This document shows, in pieces, positions 30,352 through 41,088 of a DNA stretch of 64,000 bases. The stretch spans positions 3,296,001 through 3,360,000 of the forward strand of contig CAWKMU010000003.1 of assembly GCA_963850905.1 (NCBI GenBank). Reading direction: 5' to 3'. Position numbers and translations under genes: made by a program. This DNA comes from an uncultured Gemmatimonadales bacterium. Lineage in GTDB: Bacteria; Gemmatimonadota; Gemmatimonadetes; Gemmatimonadales; Gemmatimonadaceae. The notes beneath the pieces are model-generated. The model worked only from the letters and a program-made list of their open reading frames with translations. It was not told the origin of the DNA and ran no database searches. The stretch's first letter is position 1. Every line of letters starts with the position of its first letter.

Positions 30352-32430
30352 CTACTGAGACGCGCGCACGCGGTCGCGGGGCGCGCCTACGTCGCTCCTG
30401 GCTGCAGCCGATACGGGCGGCGTCACGACCGAGGAGGGGGCCGAGCGCAGCCCGTCCTTGAGGTACTGGTCGAAGAACGCCAACATGTCCCCGAGCTTCA
30501 CGCGAATGTTCTCGGGAGACGTGATGTAATAGGTCTCGCCTGGGTAGCTCTTGTAGCGGAAGACCTTGTAATGCGCGTCGAGGGCGCGCGCAAAGTCGAG
30601 CGACGCCGGTACCGGCAGCTGCGCCTGACGCCAGGACGACGTCGCGCCCTCGCCGTGGATGATGAAGGCGGGTGTCGTCACCTGCGCGACGTTGTAGATC
30701 GCCGAGTTGCGGCGATACACGATTGCGCTGTCTGGCAGGGGCCCGAACTCGAAGGCCAGCAGCTGGTTGTGGACCATCTCGTTGTTGAACTCGGGGAACC
30801 GCACCCAGTCACCGTACCCGGACTCGGGGATGGCCGCCTGGAACACGCCCGGCGCGAAGGTGATAGCGGACATCGTCATGATGCCGCCGTAGCTCACGCC
30901 GTGAATGCCCATCTCTTGTGGGTTCACGAACGGCTGCTGCTTCAGATACTCCACGCCGGCCAACACGTCCTTGAGATCGCAGTGACCCCAGCAGCCGTTG
31001 TTGGCGTCCTCGAACGCGCGGCCATACCCGGAGCTCCCGCGGATATTGGGGAGGAGGATGGCGTACCCCCGCTGCGCGAAGTACTGCACCTGCGGCTGGT
31101 AACTGTCGATCCACTGTCCCGTCGGGCCTCCGTGGATCCACATGATGCCCGGTGCCTTCTCACCGGCTTTCAGTCCTCGTGGCTCATAAAGGTACGCTGA
31201 GATCGTGTACCCGTCAGCGCTCGGGTACGTGATCTTGCGAGGCGTGATGAGGCTGGCCCGCTCGAAGTTGGGTGGCATGGAAAACGTGAGTTGCGTCGTC
31301 CGCCCGCTCTGCACGTCCACGGTATACAGGTCCGCCGGTGTCGTCGTGGAGCCCAAGGTGTAGCTCAGACGCATGCCGTCCGGCGACCAGGAGATACGAG
31401 ACACTACGCCATCAGTCGGAGCGACGACGGCGCGCGGCGCACCACCCGCCGCGCCCACCACATACAGACCCTTGGTGCCGTTCCGATTCGAGATATACGC
31501 GATGCTCCTTCCGTCGGGCGACCAAATAGCCTCGCTCTGTTCGGCCGCTTCAGCGACGACCGGGCGCGGATCCCCGCCAGCCAGAGGGGCCGTCCAATAG
31601 TTGATCCAGCCCGATCGTTGCGACTTGAACAAGACGCGCTTCCCATCCGGTGAGACCGGTGCAAAGCTGAACGTGCGACCACCACCGTAGTCGAACAACT
31701 CGGGTTCGCTCACAACGAGACGCGGGGGCGTCGATCCGTCGGCCGGCACGGCCATCACGTCATGTCTGACCCAACGCTCGTCCAAGCGATCGTAGACGAT
31801 GGTGCGGCCATCGGGCGTCCAGCTCGGGTAGTCCTCGTAGCGGGGATCGCTCGTCAGGCGGAGCACCTCGCCAGTCGGCACCGCTACGGTATAGATGTCC
31901 TGGTTGCCGTAGCGCCCATCGGAAAACGCAATGTGCGATCCGTCCGGCGACCAACTCATCGAGTACAAGCCGCCACCCATCCGCGTGAGCTGAGCATCGG
32001 TTCCGGTATGCAGGTCCCACAACCATATCTCGGGCGCGTCGCCCCCCTTGGTGGAGACGTACGCCAGATAGTCACCCTTGGGGGACCAGGCGGGTTGCTG
32101 ACCGTAGCCCATGCCGCTGACGGGGATGTTGCGAACGAGCAAACGCGGTGGCCCGCTGGCCGGGTTCACCACCCAGATGGCAAGCGGCCCGCCGAAGCTT
32201 CCGAGAAACGCGATCTGTGACCCGTCCGGAGACCACACTGGCTCGTTGGTCCCGCCAACCACGGAGCTGACCGAAAGGAGCTGCTCGGCGGAAGGCGCAG
32301 GCGCATCACCAGGCATCGACGCGCGTTCCGGGCGTTTCGCTTGCTGGCCACTCACAGCCGAAACGAAAACGCCGCTGGAGATCACGCCGATCAATCCACG
32401 TCGGAAAGCGTTCGTGCTCGCGTGCCCCAT
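30352..32430 (-). CDS. S9-family peptidase with TolB-like propeller
   Basis: Signal peptide; WSPDG repeats; HGGP, GVSYGG. The usual catalytic Asp/His region reads HGEG...YPGETYY (atypical). Confidence 0.88.
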   Translation of the reverse strand: MGHASTNAFRRGLIGVISSGVFVSAVSGQQAKRPERASMPGDAPAPSAEQLLSVSSVVGGTNEPVWSPDGSQIAFLGSFGGPLAIWVVNPASGPPRLLVRNIPVSGMGYGQQPAWSPKGDYLAYVSTKGGDAPEIWLWDLHTGTDAQLTRMGGGLYSMSWSPDGSHIAFSDGRYGNQDIYTVAVPTGEVLRLTSDPRYEDYPSWTPDGRTIVYDRLDERWVRHDVMAVPADGSTPPRLVVSEPELFDYGGGRTFSFAPVSPDGKRVLFKSQRSGWINYWTAPLAGGDPRPVVAEAAEQSEAIWSPDGRSIAYISNRNGTKGLYVVGAAGGAPRAVVAPTDGVVSRISWSPDGMRLSYTLGSTTTPADLYTVDVQSGRTTQLTFSMPPNFERASLITPRKITYPSADGYTISAYLYEPRGLKAGEKAPGIMWIHGGPTGQWIDSYQPQVQYFAQRGYAILLPNIRGSSGYGRAFEDANNGCWGHCDLKDVLAGVEYLKQQPFVNPQEMGIHGVSYGGIMTMSAITFAPGVFQAAIPESGYGDWVRFPEFNNEMVHNQLLAFEFGPLPDSAIVYRRNSAIYNVAQVTTPAFIIHGEGATSSWRQAQLPVPASLDFARALDAHYKVFRYKSYPGETYYITSPENIRVKLGDMLAFFDQYLKDGLRSAPSSVVTPPVSAAARSDVGAPRDRVRASQ

Positions 32431-33157
32431 AAGCCCCTCCACGATGAGAACAGGCTGTCTGCCGCTAGAGCCGACGGATGCGTCGCCGACTCGCGATGGT
32501 TGGCCGCCACAGTGTGTCACTACCCGTAACCGGACCCCGGTACCCGGAATCTGTCGTCATGATAGAGACCACCGCCCGAATTGTCCAACGGTGCTTCGCC
32601 GAACGAGACGTCGGCGCGCCCCCTTCGCCACAGACCGCATCTCGGGCAGCGAAGAGAGGCTGCGATTCAGCATGTGGCTCGCTGCCGGCTTCGGGAGGCG
32701 CTGGCAGCGGTCGACATAACAGTGTCTCGCTGCGTCGCCGGTCGCGTCGTTGTCATACGCGCAATTATCGCCTGAGAGACTCGAACGGCGCGCTCGAAGG
32801 CGGCGGAAACACGCCGGCAGCGAGTCGGTCTCGAACGGTGGGACGGCGTACCGCTACTGCGCGGGTGTGGGGGCCCGGTGACACCCGTCTCACCCGCTTC
32901 GGCGAGACGCGAATCATGCTGCCGACTCACCGCGGGCGCGAGAGGATCCGTGTGTTTGATTGTTTGCGGACCCGCCGTCTCTGTTCAGCCGACAAGGCAC
33001 GCTGTATACTGGCGACCCATCGAGGCTCCGTCGTAGCCGCTCGGGTGCCCGTCGCGGGCCCACGCCGACGACAAGAGAGCCGGGTATCGAGGTGCTCCTG
33101 CTCACGCAGGGACGCGCGGAGTCTTGCTCGTTTCACCTTCTCCTGTTCGGAGGTATC

Positions 33158-36145
33158 GTGACCAAGAACGCGAGTCGAAGATGGTCTTGGCGGCGGACGG
33201 CAGCGGGAGCGGTGCTCGCAGCGATATGCGGGCTCGCCCCCCGTGCGCACGCGCAGGAGGAACGGGTCACGGGACGCGTCATTGACGCGACCGAGCACAC
33301 GCCCGTTCCTGCCGCCATAGTCCTCGTGACCGGTACGACGGTCGGCGCGAATACGAATGACAGCGGCATGTTCACGTTCCGCGTCCCGGTGGCTGCGAAG
33401 ACGCTAACCGTGCGCCGGATCGGGTACCTCGCTCAGACCGTGCCGCTCACTGCTGGACAGACTTCCTACACCGTGACGCTCCAGCGCGATGTGCTCCGCC
33501 TCGAGGCGGAGGTTGTCACGGGCGTCGCGACAACCGTCTCGACGCAGAACGCGGCGAATGCCGTGTCGGTCGTTTCTGCCCAGGCCGTCAACGAAGTCCC
33601 CGCTCCAACGGTCGAGAACGCGATTCAAGGGCAGATCCCCGGCGCGGTGATCCAGCAGAACAACGGCGGTGCGCCGGGTGGGGGGATGCAGGTGCAGATT
33701 CGCGGCATCACCTCCATCAACGCGAACGCGTCGCCACTCTACGTGGTCGATGGCGTGATGGTGAACAACGAGACCATCAACAGTGGCCTCGACGCCCTGA
33801 CGCTCGGTGCGGGCCTGCAGCCCAGCGCAGAGGACAACACGCCCAACCGGATCGCCGACCTGAATCCCAACGACATCGAGAGCATTCAGGTCTTGAAGGG
33901 CGCGTCTGCCTCGGCCATCTACGGCGCCAAGGCCTCCTCGGGCGTGGTGATCATCACGACGAAGAAAGGGACAGCCGGGAAGCCACAATGGAACATGTCC
34001 CAACAAGTGGGACACTATACCACCGCGAACGCACTCAATCTGCGGTCGTTCCCGACCCTCGCGAGCGCGGAGGTGTGGGGCCAGGAAGAGGGTATCCCGA
34101 CGTCCAAGATCGTGTCGACCTATGGGCCGCCACAGGATTTCCAGAGCGAGCTGTATAGCAACCCGGAGGCGTCGTACCAGACCGACGTGAGTGTGTCGGG
34201 CACCGAGAACAAGACCCAGTACTTCCTCTCGGGCCTCAGCAAGTACGACAACGGCGCGATGACCAACACGGGGTACAACAAGCAGAGCGTTCACGCCAAC
34301 GTGACACAGCAGCTCAACAGCGCGCTGTCGGCGAACCTCAACATCATGTGGGCGCACTCGCTGACGCGGCGTGGCGTGACGGGGAACGAGAACGACGGGG
34401 TAGCGCCGATCGACGTGATGAGCGCAACGCCACAGTTCTACAATCTGGACCACGAGTTCCCCGATGGCAGCTGGGCGGTGAACCCCTACGCGGTCGCCAA
34501 CATGTTCGCCGACGCGGCCGAGATCGAGACGCCGGAGGATGTGCAGCGCTTCATCGGTGGCGGCAATATCGACTGGGCGCCCTACAGCACGGACCATCAG
34601 AGCCTGCACCTCCGGTTCATCGGCGGCGCGGACTTCACGACCCAGCACGACCAGCTGTACGCGCCCCCGAGCCTGCAGGTGATGCAGGAAATCGCCAGCG
34701 GACTGCCTGGCGTGGCGACGGTGCAGAACGACATCACGCAGTACATCAATTACTCGATCAACGCGATTCACCACTGGGCGCCGTCATCGAGTCTCGACGC
34801 CACGACGTCGATCGGGTTTGTGCGCGAGCGCCGCAGTGACAACGCGCCAGACGTAGTCGGTCAGAACCTGCTCTCCGGCGTGAATTCCCCGACCGCCGGG
34901 ACCGTGACGACGGTCTTTTACAACCGCGACGCCGCGTACGACCAGTCGCTATACGCACAGGAACAGGTGCTGCTGCTCGACGAACGCCTGGCGGTCGGTG
35001 GCGGCGTCACGGCGGAGCGCACGACCAACGACGGCGACATCAACAAGTTCTACTACTACCCGCACTATTCAGCCTCCTACCGCGTCCCGCAATTCGCCGG
35101 ATTCCTCGATGAGCTCAAGTTCCGTGCGGCCTACGGACAATCGGGCACGGAGCCGAATTACGGCGTGAAGTACACGCCGGACACGAGCGCGTTGATCGGC
35201 GGCCTGTCGTCGATCTACCCCTCGTTGCTCCACGGCAGCTCGAGCATTCGCCCCGAGGCCGAAACCGAGATCGAGACCGGGTTCGACGCCACGTTCTTCC
35301 ATTCGCGGGCGCAGTTCAGCTTCACCCTGTACCAGAAGCGGATCCAAGACCTCTTGCTGCAGGCCAACGTCGCGCCGGGACTTGGCTACAACAGCGTATG
35401 GTTCAATGGCGGCGAGTTCACGAACCAGGGCATCGAGCTTTCGTTCAATGCCACGCCGCTCCAGTTCCGCAACGGCTTCACGTGGAACACGACCGAAACG
35501 TTCTACCGCAATTACAGCGTGGTGAACACGCTCCCAATTCCGCCGTTCATCGTCGGAAGCACATTCGGCGGCATCTTCGGACAATTCGGGTACCTCGCCC
35601 CGGGCCGCTCGGTCTCCGAGATGGTGGCGCCGGCGATCCTCACCGCCAACGGCTCGCCCTTGCAGGTGGGCGACTTCCAGCCGTCGTACGTCGTGAGTCT
35701 CTCGCAGGAATTCACCTGGAACCACTTCCGCCTGTATGGCCTGCTGGACTGGCACCGCGGCGGCAACGTGGTCAACACCAGCAACCTGCTCTTCGACTTC
35801 GGCGGGTTGCTCGAGGACACGACGGCGAGCAAGTCGCGGCTGGCCGCGTGGGAAGCGGGTAGCGTGTATCCGTACCTCGAGCCGTCGAGCTTCATCAAAC
35901 TGCGTGAGGTGACACTCAGCTATACCCTGCCGCGGACCTGGACGACCTTCATCAGCCGTGGGGGCCTGAGCTTCAGCAACGCCCGCTTGTCCTTTACGGG
36001 GCGCAACCTGTGGATGTCGTTCCGCTACACTGGACTCGATCCGGAAGTCAGCTCATTCGGCAATCAACAGGTGACGACGGCGACCGACACGTTTGCGTAC
36101 CCCCCGTCGCGCAGCTACTTCCTCGGCCTCGACCTGAGCTTCTGA
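33158..36145 (+). CDS. susC: SusC/RagA TonB-dependent outer-membrane receptor
   Basis: CarboxypepD_reg-like N-domain, PLYVVDG, DIESIQVLKGASASAIYG, C-terminal YPPSRSYFLGLDLSF; GGAGG RBS. Confidence 0.95.
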   Translation: MTKNASRRWSWRRTAAGAVLAAICGLAPRAHAQEERVTGRVIDATEHTPVPAAIVLVTGTTVGANTNDSGMFTFRVPVAAKTLTVRRIGYLAQTVPLTAGQTSYTVTLQRDVLRLEAEVVTGVATTVSTQNAANAVSVVSAQAVNEVPAPTVENAIQGQIPGAVIQQNNGGAPGGGMQVQIRGITSINANASPLYVVDGVMVNNETINSGLDALTLGAGLQPSAEDNTPNRIADLNPNDIESIQVLKGASASAIYGAKASSGVVIITTKKGTAGKPQWNMSQQVGHYTTANALNLRSFPTLASAEVWGQEEGIPTSKIVSTYGPPQDFQSELYSNPEASYQTDVSVSGTENKTQYFLSGLSKYDNGAMTNTGYNKQSVHANVTQQLNSALSANLNIMWAHSLTRRGVTGNENDGVAPIDVMSATPQFYNLDHEFPDGSWAVNPYAVANMFADAAEIETPEDVQRFIGGGNIDWAPYSTDHQSLHLRFIGGADFTTQHDQLYAPPSLQVMQEIASGLPGVATVQNDITQYINYSINAIHHWAPSSSLDATTSIGFVRERRSDNAPDVVGQNLLSGVNSPTAGTVTTVFYNRDAAYDQSLYAQEQVLLLDERLAVGGGVTAERTTNDGDINKFYYYPHYSASYRVPQFAGFLDELKFRAAYGQSGTEPNYGVKYTPDTSALIGGLSSIYPSLLHGSSSIRPEAETEIETGFDATFFHSRAQFSFTLYQKRIQDLLLQANVAPGLGYNSVWFNGGEFTNQGIELSFNATPLQFRNGFTWNTTETFYRNYSVVNTLPIPPFIVGSTFGGIFGQFGYLAPGRSVSEMVAPAILTANGSPLQVGDFQPSYVVSLSQEFTWNHFRLYGLLDWHRGGNVVNTSNLLFDFGGLLEDTTASKSRLAAWEAGSVYPYLEPSSFIKLREVTLSYTLPRTWTTFISRGGLSFSNARLSFTGRNLWMSFRYTGLDPEVSSFGNQQVTTATDTFAYPPSRSYFLGLDLSF

Positions 36146-36146
36146 C

Positions 36147-37683
36147 ATGACTGCCCATACATACATCGCTGCGGGCCGTGCGCGCCCGCGTTCGGTCGCT
36201 CGCGCGGCCGGCTTTCTGGTTGGTGCCGTGATCGTCGCGTCGGTCGCGTGCACCGATTCCAACATTCCGTTCTACACAGAACCGACGGGTGTCTCCAACA
36301 CACCGGCCGGCATCCAAAACGCGGTCGTGGGACTCTTTAGCGCCACGCGAGTCGACGCCGAGAACTACCTCTTCTGGATGGTGGGATTCGCGCGCGATGA
36401 GGCGAACATTCAGGCGGAGAATCCCGAGGGGGTCGTCGAGGAGACGGGTCTGACGCCCATTCCCGCTGGTGACCAGGGGGTGTGGGACAACGAGTATCGG
36501 GCTGCCGATGCGGCGCTCGCGGTCATCTCCGCGTTGCCGAATGTGGCGCCAGCCTACACGTCCCAACAGGTCGCCGCGATCACGGGCGTTGCACAGACGC
36601 TCGAGGCGCTCGACTACATGCTCGTCGCGGAGACGCGCGACACGCTGGGGATCCCGATCCACTCGAATGCGAGTGCGACGTCGGGCCCGGTGTACTGCGC
36701 GCAAGACGCGTGGAAGCAAATCGTCGCGCTGCTCGACACCGCGAATGCCAACCTCAACCTGGCGGGCAACATCGCCCTGCCCGTCAAGGTCCCACAGGGA
36801 TTCAACTCGGTGAGCGGGACGGCAGGACCCAGCACCGTGTCTGGCTCGTTCGCATCATTCAATCGCGCACTGGCAGGCAAAGCCGGCTTGGAGCTCGCTT
36901 ATGCGATCGCCAGGAGCACCCAGGGGACGCATCCGACGCCGACCACTCCAGGTGTACCCGACGCCGCAGCACTCACGCGCGCCGACAGCGCAATGACGGC
37001 GTCCGCTCTCTACACGGCCCCGCTCTCACCGCCGATCCCCGGCGGCTTCATCGAGAACGCGAGCGGTGTTTTCTGGGACTTCAGTGCCCAGTCGGGCGAC
37101 TTGGCAAACCCGATCGACGGTGCCATCGGCCTGTGGCGCACACTGGCGTATCTGACCGCTGATGTCGACACGGTCAACGACTTGCGTTTCGTCAACAAGT
37201 TCGTCCCCAACACCTATTCGTTGCTCATTCCGGGGGACGCGTTCATGTCGACGAACTGGCTGTACGGAATGTACGTCACCACGAACTCGCCCATTCCCAT
37301 CATTCGGAATGAGGCGGTGGTGCTGGAGCGAGCCCAGATCCAGTTGGGACTCGGACGGCTGGCGACTGCCGCCACCCTGATCAATCAGGTGCATCAACAA
37401 GCGGGTGGCTTTGCGACCCCGCTGTCGATCGAATGCGACCTCGTACACCGCGGTCCGCGACACCTTGCTGAAGGAACAGCGCATCTCCACGGTCTTCGAG
37501 ATCAGCGGCGACCGGACGATTTCGCTCCGCATGTACGGGCTCGAGTCCGTGGCTGACACGACCTGGTCGTCAGCTGCGGCGCCGCGTCCTCCGGGCGGCG
37601 TGGACCTCCATACGACGGTCATCCCGGTCCCGTCGACGGAGATCGAAGGACGAGGCGGGAGCTACGTGTTGACGTGCCCGTAG
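36147..37683 (+). CDS. susD: SusD/RagB lipoprotein; one apparent +1 frameshift
   Basis: Lipobox VASVAC; IPIIRNEAVVLERAQ; after the shift at about 37432, LLKEQRIS..DRTISLRMYG..IPVPSTE (511 aa repaired). Confidence 0.88.
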
Positions 37684-37716
37684 GGCACTAGACGTTGGAC
37701 GCTGGACGCTGGTGAA

Positions 37717-37764
37717 CAAACCTCGAGGGTCAGCTGATGCACCGCAGCTGGCCCTCGAAGTTTG
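37717..37764. terminator. Long hairpin between convergent genes
   Basis: CAAAC-C-TCGAGGGTCAGCTG...CAGCTGGCCCTCGA-A-GTTTG. Confidence 0.5.
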
Positions 37765-37766
37765 AT

Positions 37767-37799
37767 GTTGGCCGGTGTTCGAGTCACCCCGGGGGCACT
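37767..37799 (+). repeat. Distal 3' fragment of tRNA-Arg(CCT) (attR-like)
   Basis: GTTGGCCGGTGTTCGAGTCACCCCGGGGGCACT equals 30013-30046 with one G missing. Confidence 0.9.
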
Positions 37800-38755
37800 T
37801 ACAAAACCGACGGCTTACGCCTGGGTACCTGCTCCACGAAGCTGCGCGCGATATCGATCCGGCGCATGAACGCGACATCGGGGAATCCCTGGGCATACGC
37901 AATGAAACGAGCCAGCGCGTCCGAGCGGGCCGGATTGCCGGTGATTCTCGGGTGGAGGCCGACCGACATCATCCGCCCGCAATCATCGCCATCATTTCGC
38001 AGCCGGTCGAGACAGGCTTTGGCCGTCTCGAAGAAATGCTCCGGGCTGCCGTAGCCGGTCCCCATGATGTAGCGTGCGTCGTTGACGACGAGGGAATACG
38101 GCACGACCAAGTGGCTCTTGCCGTGGATCGACGTCCAGTACGGCAGATCATCGCTGTAGCAGTCGGAGTCGTACAGGAAGCCGCCCTCCTCGACCACCAG
38201 CTCGCGCGTGTTGACGCTCATCTCTCGGCAGTACCACCCGAGCGGGCGCCCACCCGTCGTCTGCGCGATCGACGCGATCGCTCGCTTGATCGCCTCACGC
38301 TCTTCGTCTCTGTTCATTTCGTAGTGGTTGCTCCAGCGATACCCGTGCCCGGCGACTTCATCACCGCGCTTGGCGATCTTCGCCGCGACCGCCGGGTTGC
38401 GCTCGAGCGCGACCGCGGCCCCAAAGACGGTGATGGGAATCTTCGCCGCGTCGAATATCCGGAACATCCGCCAGATCCCGGCCCGCGTCCCATACTCGTA
38501 CATCGACTCGACCGCGAGGTCACGTTGATCGTCGACGGCAAACGGCAGCTCGTACATCCCGTCGTTCACCTGATCGCCCATCGCGAAGGTCTTCTCCGAT
38601 CCTTCCTCGTAGTTGACCACGACCTGCACCGCCACCTTGGCGCCGTTCTGCCAGCGCACGCGCGGAGGATGCTCGCCGTATCCGACTAACTCGCGCGGTG
38701 GACCGGGCACGTCGGTGATATCAGTCTGGCGAAAGAACTGCGGGTTGCGCGTCAT
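37799..38755 (-). CDS. Polysaccharide deacetylase family, allantoinase PuuE-like
   Basis: VNYEEGSE, ESMYEYGTRAGIWR, HGYRW, DDLPYW, MMSVGLHPRITG. Confidence 0.9.
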   Translation of the reverse strand: MTRNPQFFRQTDITDVPGPPRELVGYGEHPPRVRWQNGAKVAVQVVVNYEEGSEKTFAMGDQVNDGMYELPFAVDDQRDLAVESMYEYGTRAGIWRMFRIFDAAKIPITVFGAAVALERNPAVAAKIAKRGDEVAGHGYRWSNHYEMNRDEEREAIKRAIASIAQTTGGRPLGWYCREMSVNTRELVVEEGGFLYDSDCYSDDLPYWTSIHGKSHLVVPYSLVVNDARYIMGTGYGSPEHFFETAKACLDRLRNDGDDCGRMMSVGLHPRITGNPARSDALARFIAYAQGFPDVAFMRRIDIARSFVEQVPRRKPSVL

Positions 38756-38786
38756 GCCGAGCGGCCTCGGGTGAATAGGTAAGACG

Positions 38787-39562
38787 TCATAAGCCTGCCA
38801 AGCTCCTCGCTCCATCGACGACGAGGAGCTGACCGTTCACGTAGGATGCCTCGTCGCTCGAGAGAAACTGAAAGACGTACGCGATATCCTCCGGTGTGCC
38901 AATCCGTCCCGTCGGCACTTTGGACGCGACCTCCTCGATCGCCACAGGGCCGAGCGAATTGACGGGATCCAGCGCTTGCGGCGTGCGAATCACCCCTGGC
39001 GCCACCGCGTTGGAGGTAATGCCAAAGGGCCCGAACTCCACCGCGAGCGACTTGACGAGCCCCACGAGACCGCCTTTGGCCGCCGCATAGTGGGCATGCT
39101 CGGGCCACGCCGAGACGGTGCCCGCGACCGAGGAGGTGGCGATGAGTCGCCCGAACCCGGCGCGTCGCATGAACGGAATCGCCGCTCGAAAACACCGCCA
39201 CACACCGGCGAGGTCGACATCGACGACGGCATCCCACGCGTCGTCGTCGAGGTCCTCGAGCGCGACCTTACGAGCGATGCCAGCGTTGGCGATGACGATG
39301 TGCAGCCCACCGAGTTGTGCGACCGCCTCGGCCACGAGCGCATCGACGTCGGCCGACTGCCTGACATCGACCGCCGCGACGACGGCCCGACGTCCGAGCT
39401 CGCTCGACGGCCTCGCGAACGAGCTCGAATGTCGTGCCCGTCCGGCGGATAGTACGCCAGCGCCAGATCCGCCCCGGCAGCGGCAAACACCCGAGCCGTC
39501 GCCGCGCCAATGCCGGATGCCGCGCCGGTGATGAGCGCCACGCGACCGCTGAGATCGAACAC
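38787..39562 (-). CDS. SDR-family oxidoreductase; two apparent +1 frameshifts
   Basis: TGAASGIG, ANAGI, YAAAK. Extra bases at about 39428 and 39400 disrupt the repaired sequence HDIELVREAVExLGRRAVV. Confidence 0.87.
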
Positions 39563-39574
39563 GCGGTCATGCCC

Positions 39575-40324
39575 TCATAGCATCACGTCGCCGCCGTTCG
39601 GGCCGAGCGTCTGACCGACGTAATACGACCCGGCCGCAGACGCGAGCAGGACCGCGGTCGGCGTCACCTCATCCACCGTGCCGAAGCGGCCGATGGGAAG
39701 CTCCGCGAGTTTCGCACTCCGCCACGCCTCGGTCTCGCCGTCGAGCATCGGCGTGTGGATCGGGCCTGGCGCGATCGCATTGACGAGCACACCGCGACGG
39801 GACACCTCGCGCGCGAGCGACTTGGTGAGCCCGATGACGCCTGCCTTGCTCGCTGCATAATGCCCGACCGATGTGCCACCGATCTGCCCGAGCTGCGAGG
39901 CGATATTGATGATGCGGCCGTCGCCGCGTTCCAGCATCTGGCCGATCAGGGCTCGGATGCAGAGGAAGGTACCGCGCAGATTGGTGTTGACGACACGATC
40001 CCAATCCTCCAGCGGCAGGTTCTCGATCAGCGACTCGGTGAAAATGCCGGCGTTGTTGACGAGAATGTCCACTCGGCCGAACCGCGCAAGCGCAGCGTCA
40101 GCCATGGCCTTCACGCTCACCGGGTCACTGACATCGGTCTGGATATACAGGGCCGCGCCTCCGCGCCGCTGAATGCCAGTCATCGTCGCAGCCGCCTGCC
40201 GCTCGGCGACCTGGTCGGCCACGACGACACTCGCGCCCTCGCACGCGAAGGCGATCGCGATGCTCTGGCCGATCCCGGACGCCGCGCCGGTCACGACCGC
40301 GACGCGGTCTTGCAGGGCGTTCAG
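39575..40324 (-). CDS. SDR-family oxidoreductase (FabG-like)
   Basis: TGAASGIG, NNAGI, YAASK. The in-frame extension LNALQDRVAVV suggests a CTG start at 40324 overlapping the upstream stop. Confidence 0.9.
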   Translation of the reverse strand: MNALQDRVAVVTGAASGIGQSIAIAFACEGASVVVADQVAERQAAATMTGIQRRGGAALYIQTDVSDPVSVKAMADAALARFGRVDILVNNAGIFTESLIENLPLEDWDRVVNTNLRGTFLCIRALIGQMLERGDGRIINIASQLGQIGGTSVGHYAASKAGVIGLTKSLAREVSRRGVLVNAIAPGPIHTPMLDGETEAWRSAKLAELPIGRFGTVDEVTPTAVLLASAAGSYYVGQTLGPNGGDVML

Positions 40325-41019
40325 GTGGGCTCCCCATTCGCGCGTCCTGTGTCACCCCGCCAGACACACTGGATTTGGGCACCCGTCGCCAAGTCAAAGC
40401 GGTGGCGCATGAGGAGCAGCGACGCCGCGTGCTGGGCTCTGTCATCGCTGGCCACGCAGTCCTCGGCGATCACGACATAGTAGTCGCTGAACATCGCGTC
40501 GCGTGCGGTCGACTCGACGCACCCCTCGGTCGTGCATCCGCCAACCACGACCGTCTTGATGCCGTTGCTCCGAAGCAGCATGTCGAGATTGGTGCCCCAG
40601 AACCCGCTCGATCGATACTTGCGCACGACGAGCTCGGAGGGAAGCGGCGTGAACTCACGAGCGAACGCATGCCCCGGCGTGCCAGGCATGGTGTAGCAGA
40701 GCGGGGGCCCGTCACCGCGTGCCGCCTGATGCATGCGCAGGTTGAAGCGGATATAGGAGGGCGACTCGCCCATCCGCCCGGGCAGCACCGTGTGCTGGAG
40801 GTGTACGATCATGAGGCCGGTCTCGCGGGCCGCCGCTAACAAAGCCGCCAGCCGCGGCCTCGACTCAGGATACATCGACAGGTCAATGCCAAGCGTGCCA
40901 AAGAAGCCGGTCGGCTCGACGAAGTCGCACTGCATGTCCACCATCATCAGGGCGGTGTGTGCGGGGTCGACGAGCTCCGAGAGCTCGGTGAACACCTGCT
41001 TGCCGGCAATCGTGATCAT
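40321..41019 (-). CDS. Isochorismatase-family cysteine hydrolase (amidase)
   Basis: VDMQCDF, KYRSSGF, GCTTEGCVESTARDA (Asp-Lys-Cys triad). Confidence 0.92.
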   Translation of the reverse strand: MITIAGKQVFTELSELVDPAHTALMMVDMQCDFVEPTGFFGTLGIDLSMYPESRPRLAALLAAARETGLMIVHLQHTVLPGRMGESPSYIRFNLRMHQAARGDGPPLCYTMPGTPGHAFAREFTPLPSELVVRKYRSSGFWGTNLDMLLRSNGIKTVVVGGCTTEGCVESTARDAMFSDYYVVIAEDCVASDDRAQHAASLLLMRHRFDLATGAQIQCVWRGDTGRANGEPT

Positions 41020-41088
41020 CGTCGGCCTCTCGCTACCGAGGCATGCACGATGCCGGTGCCGCACGGCACGCAGTGGTGCTTCGCACGG

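Noticed and set aside
37711..37773. Possible integron attC site (AAC...hairpin...GTT)
   Set aside because: Core sites do not fit RYYYAAC/GTTRRRY, spacing is wrong, and no integron integrase is present; treated as a terminator-like hairpin.
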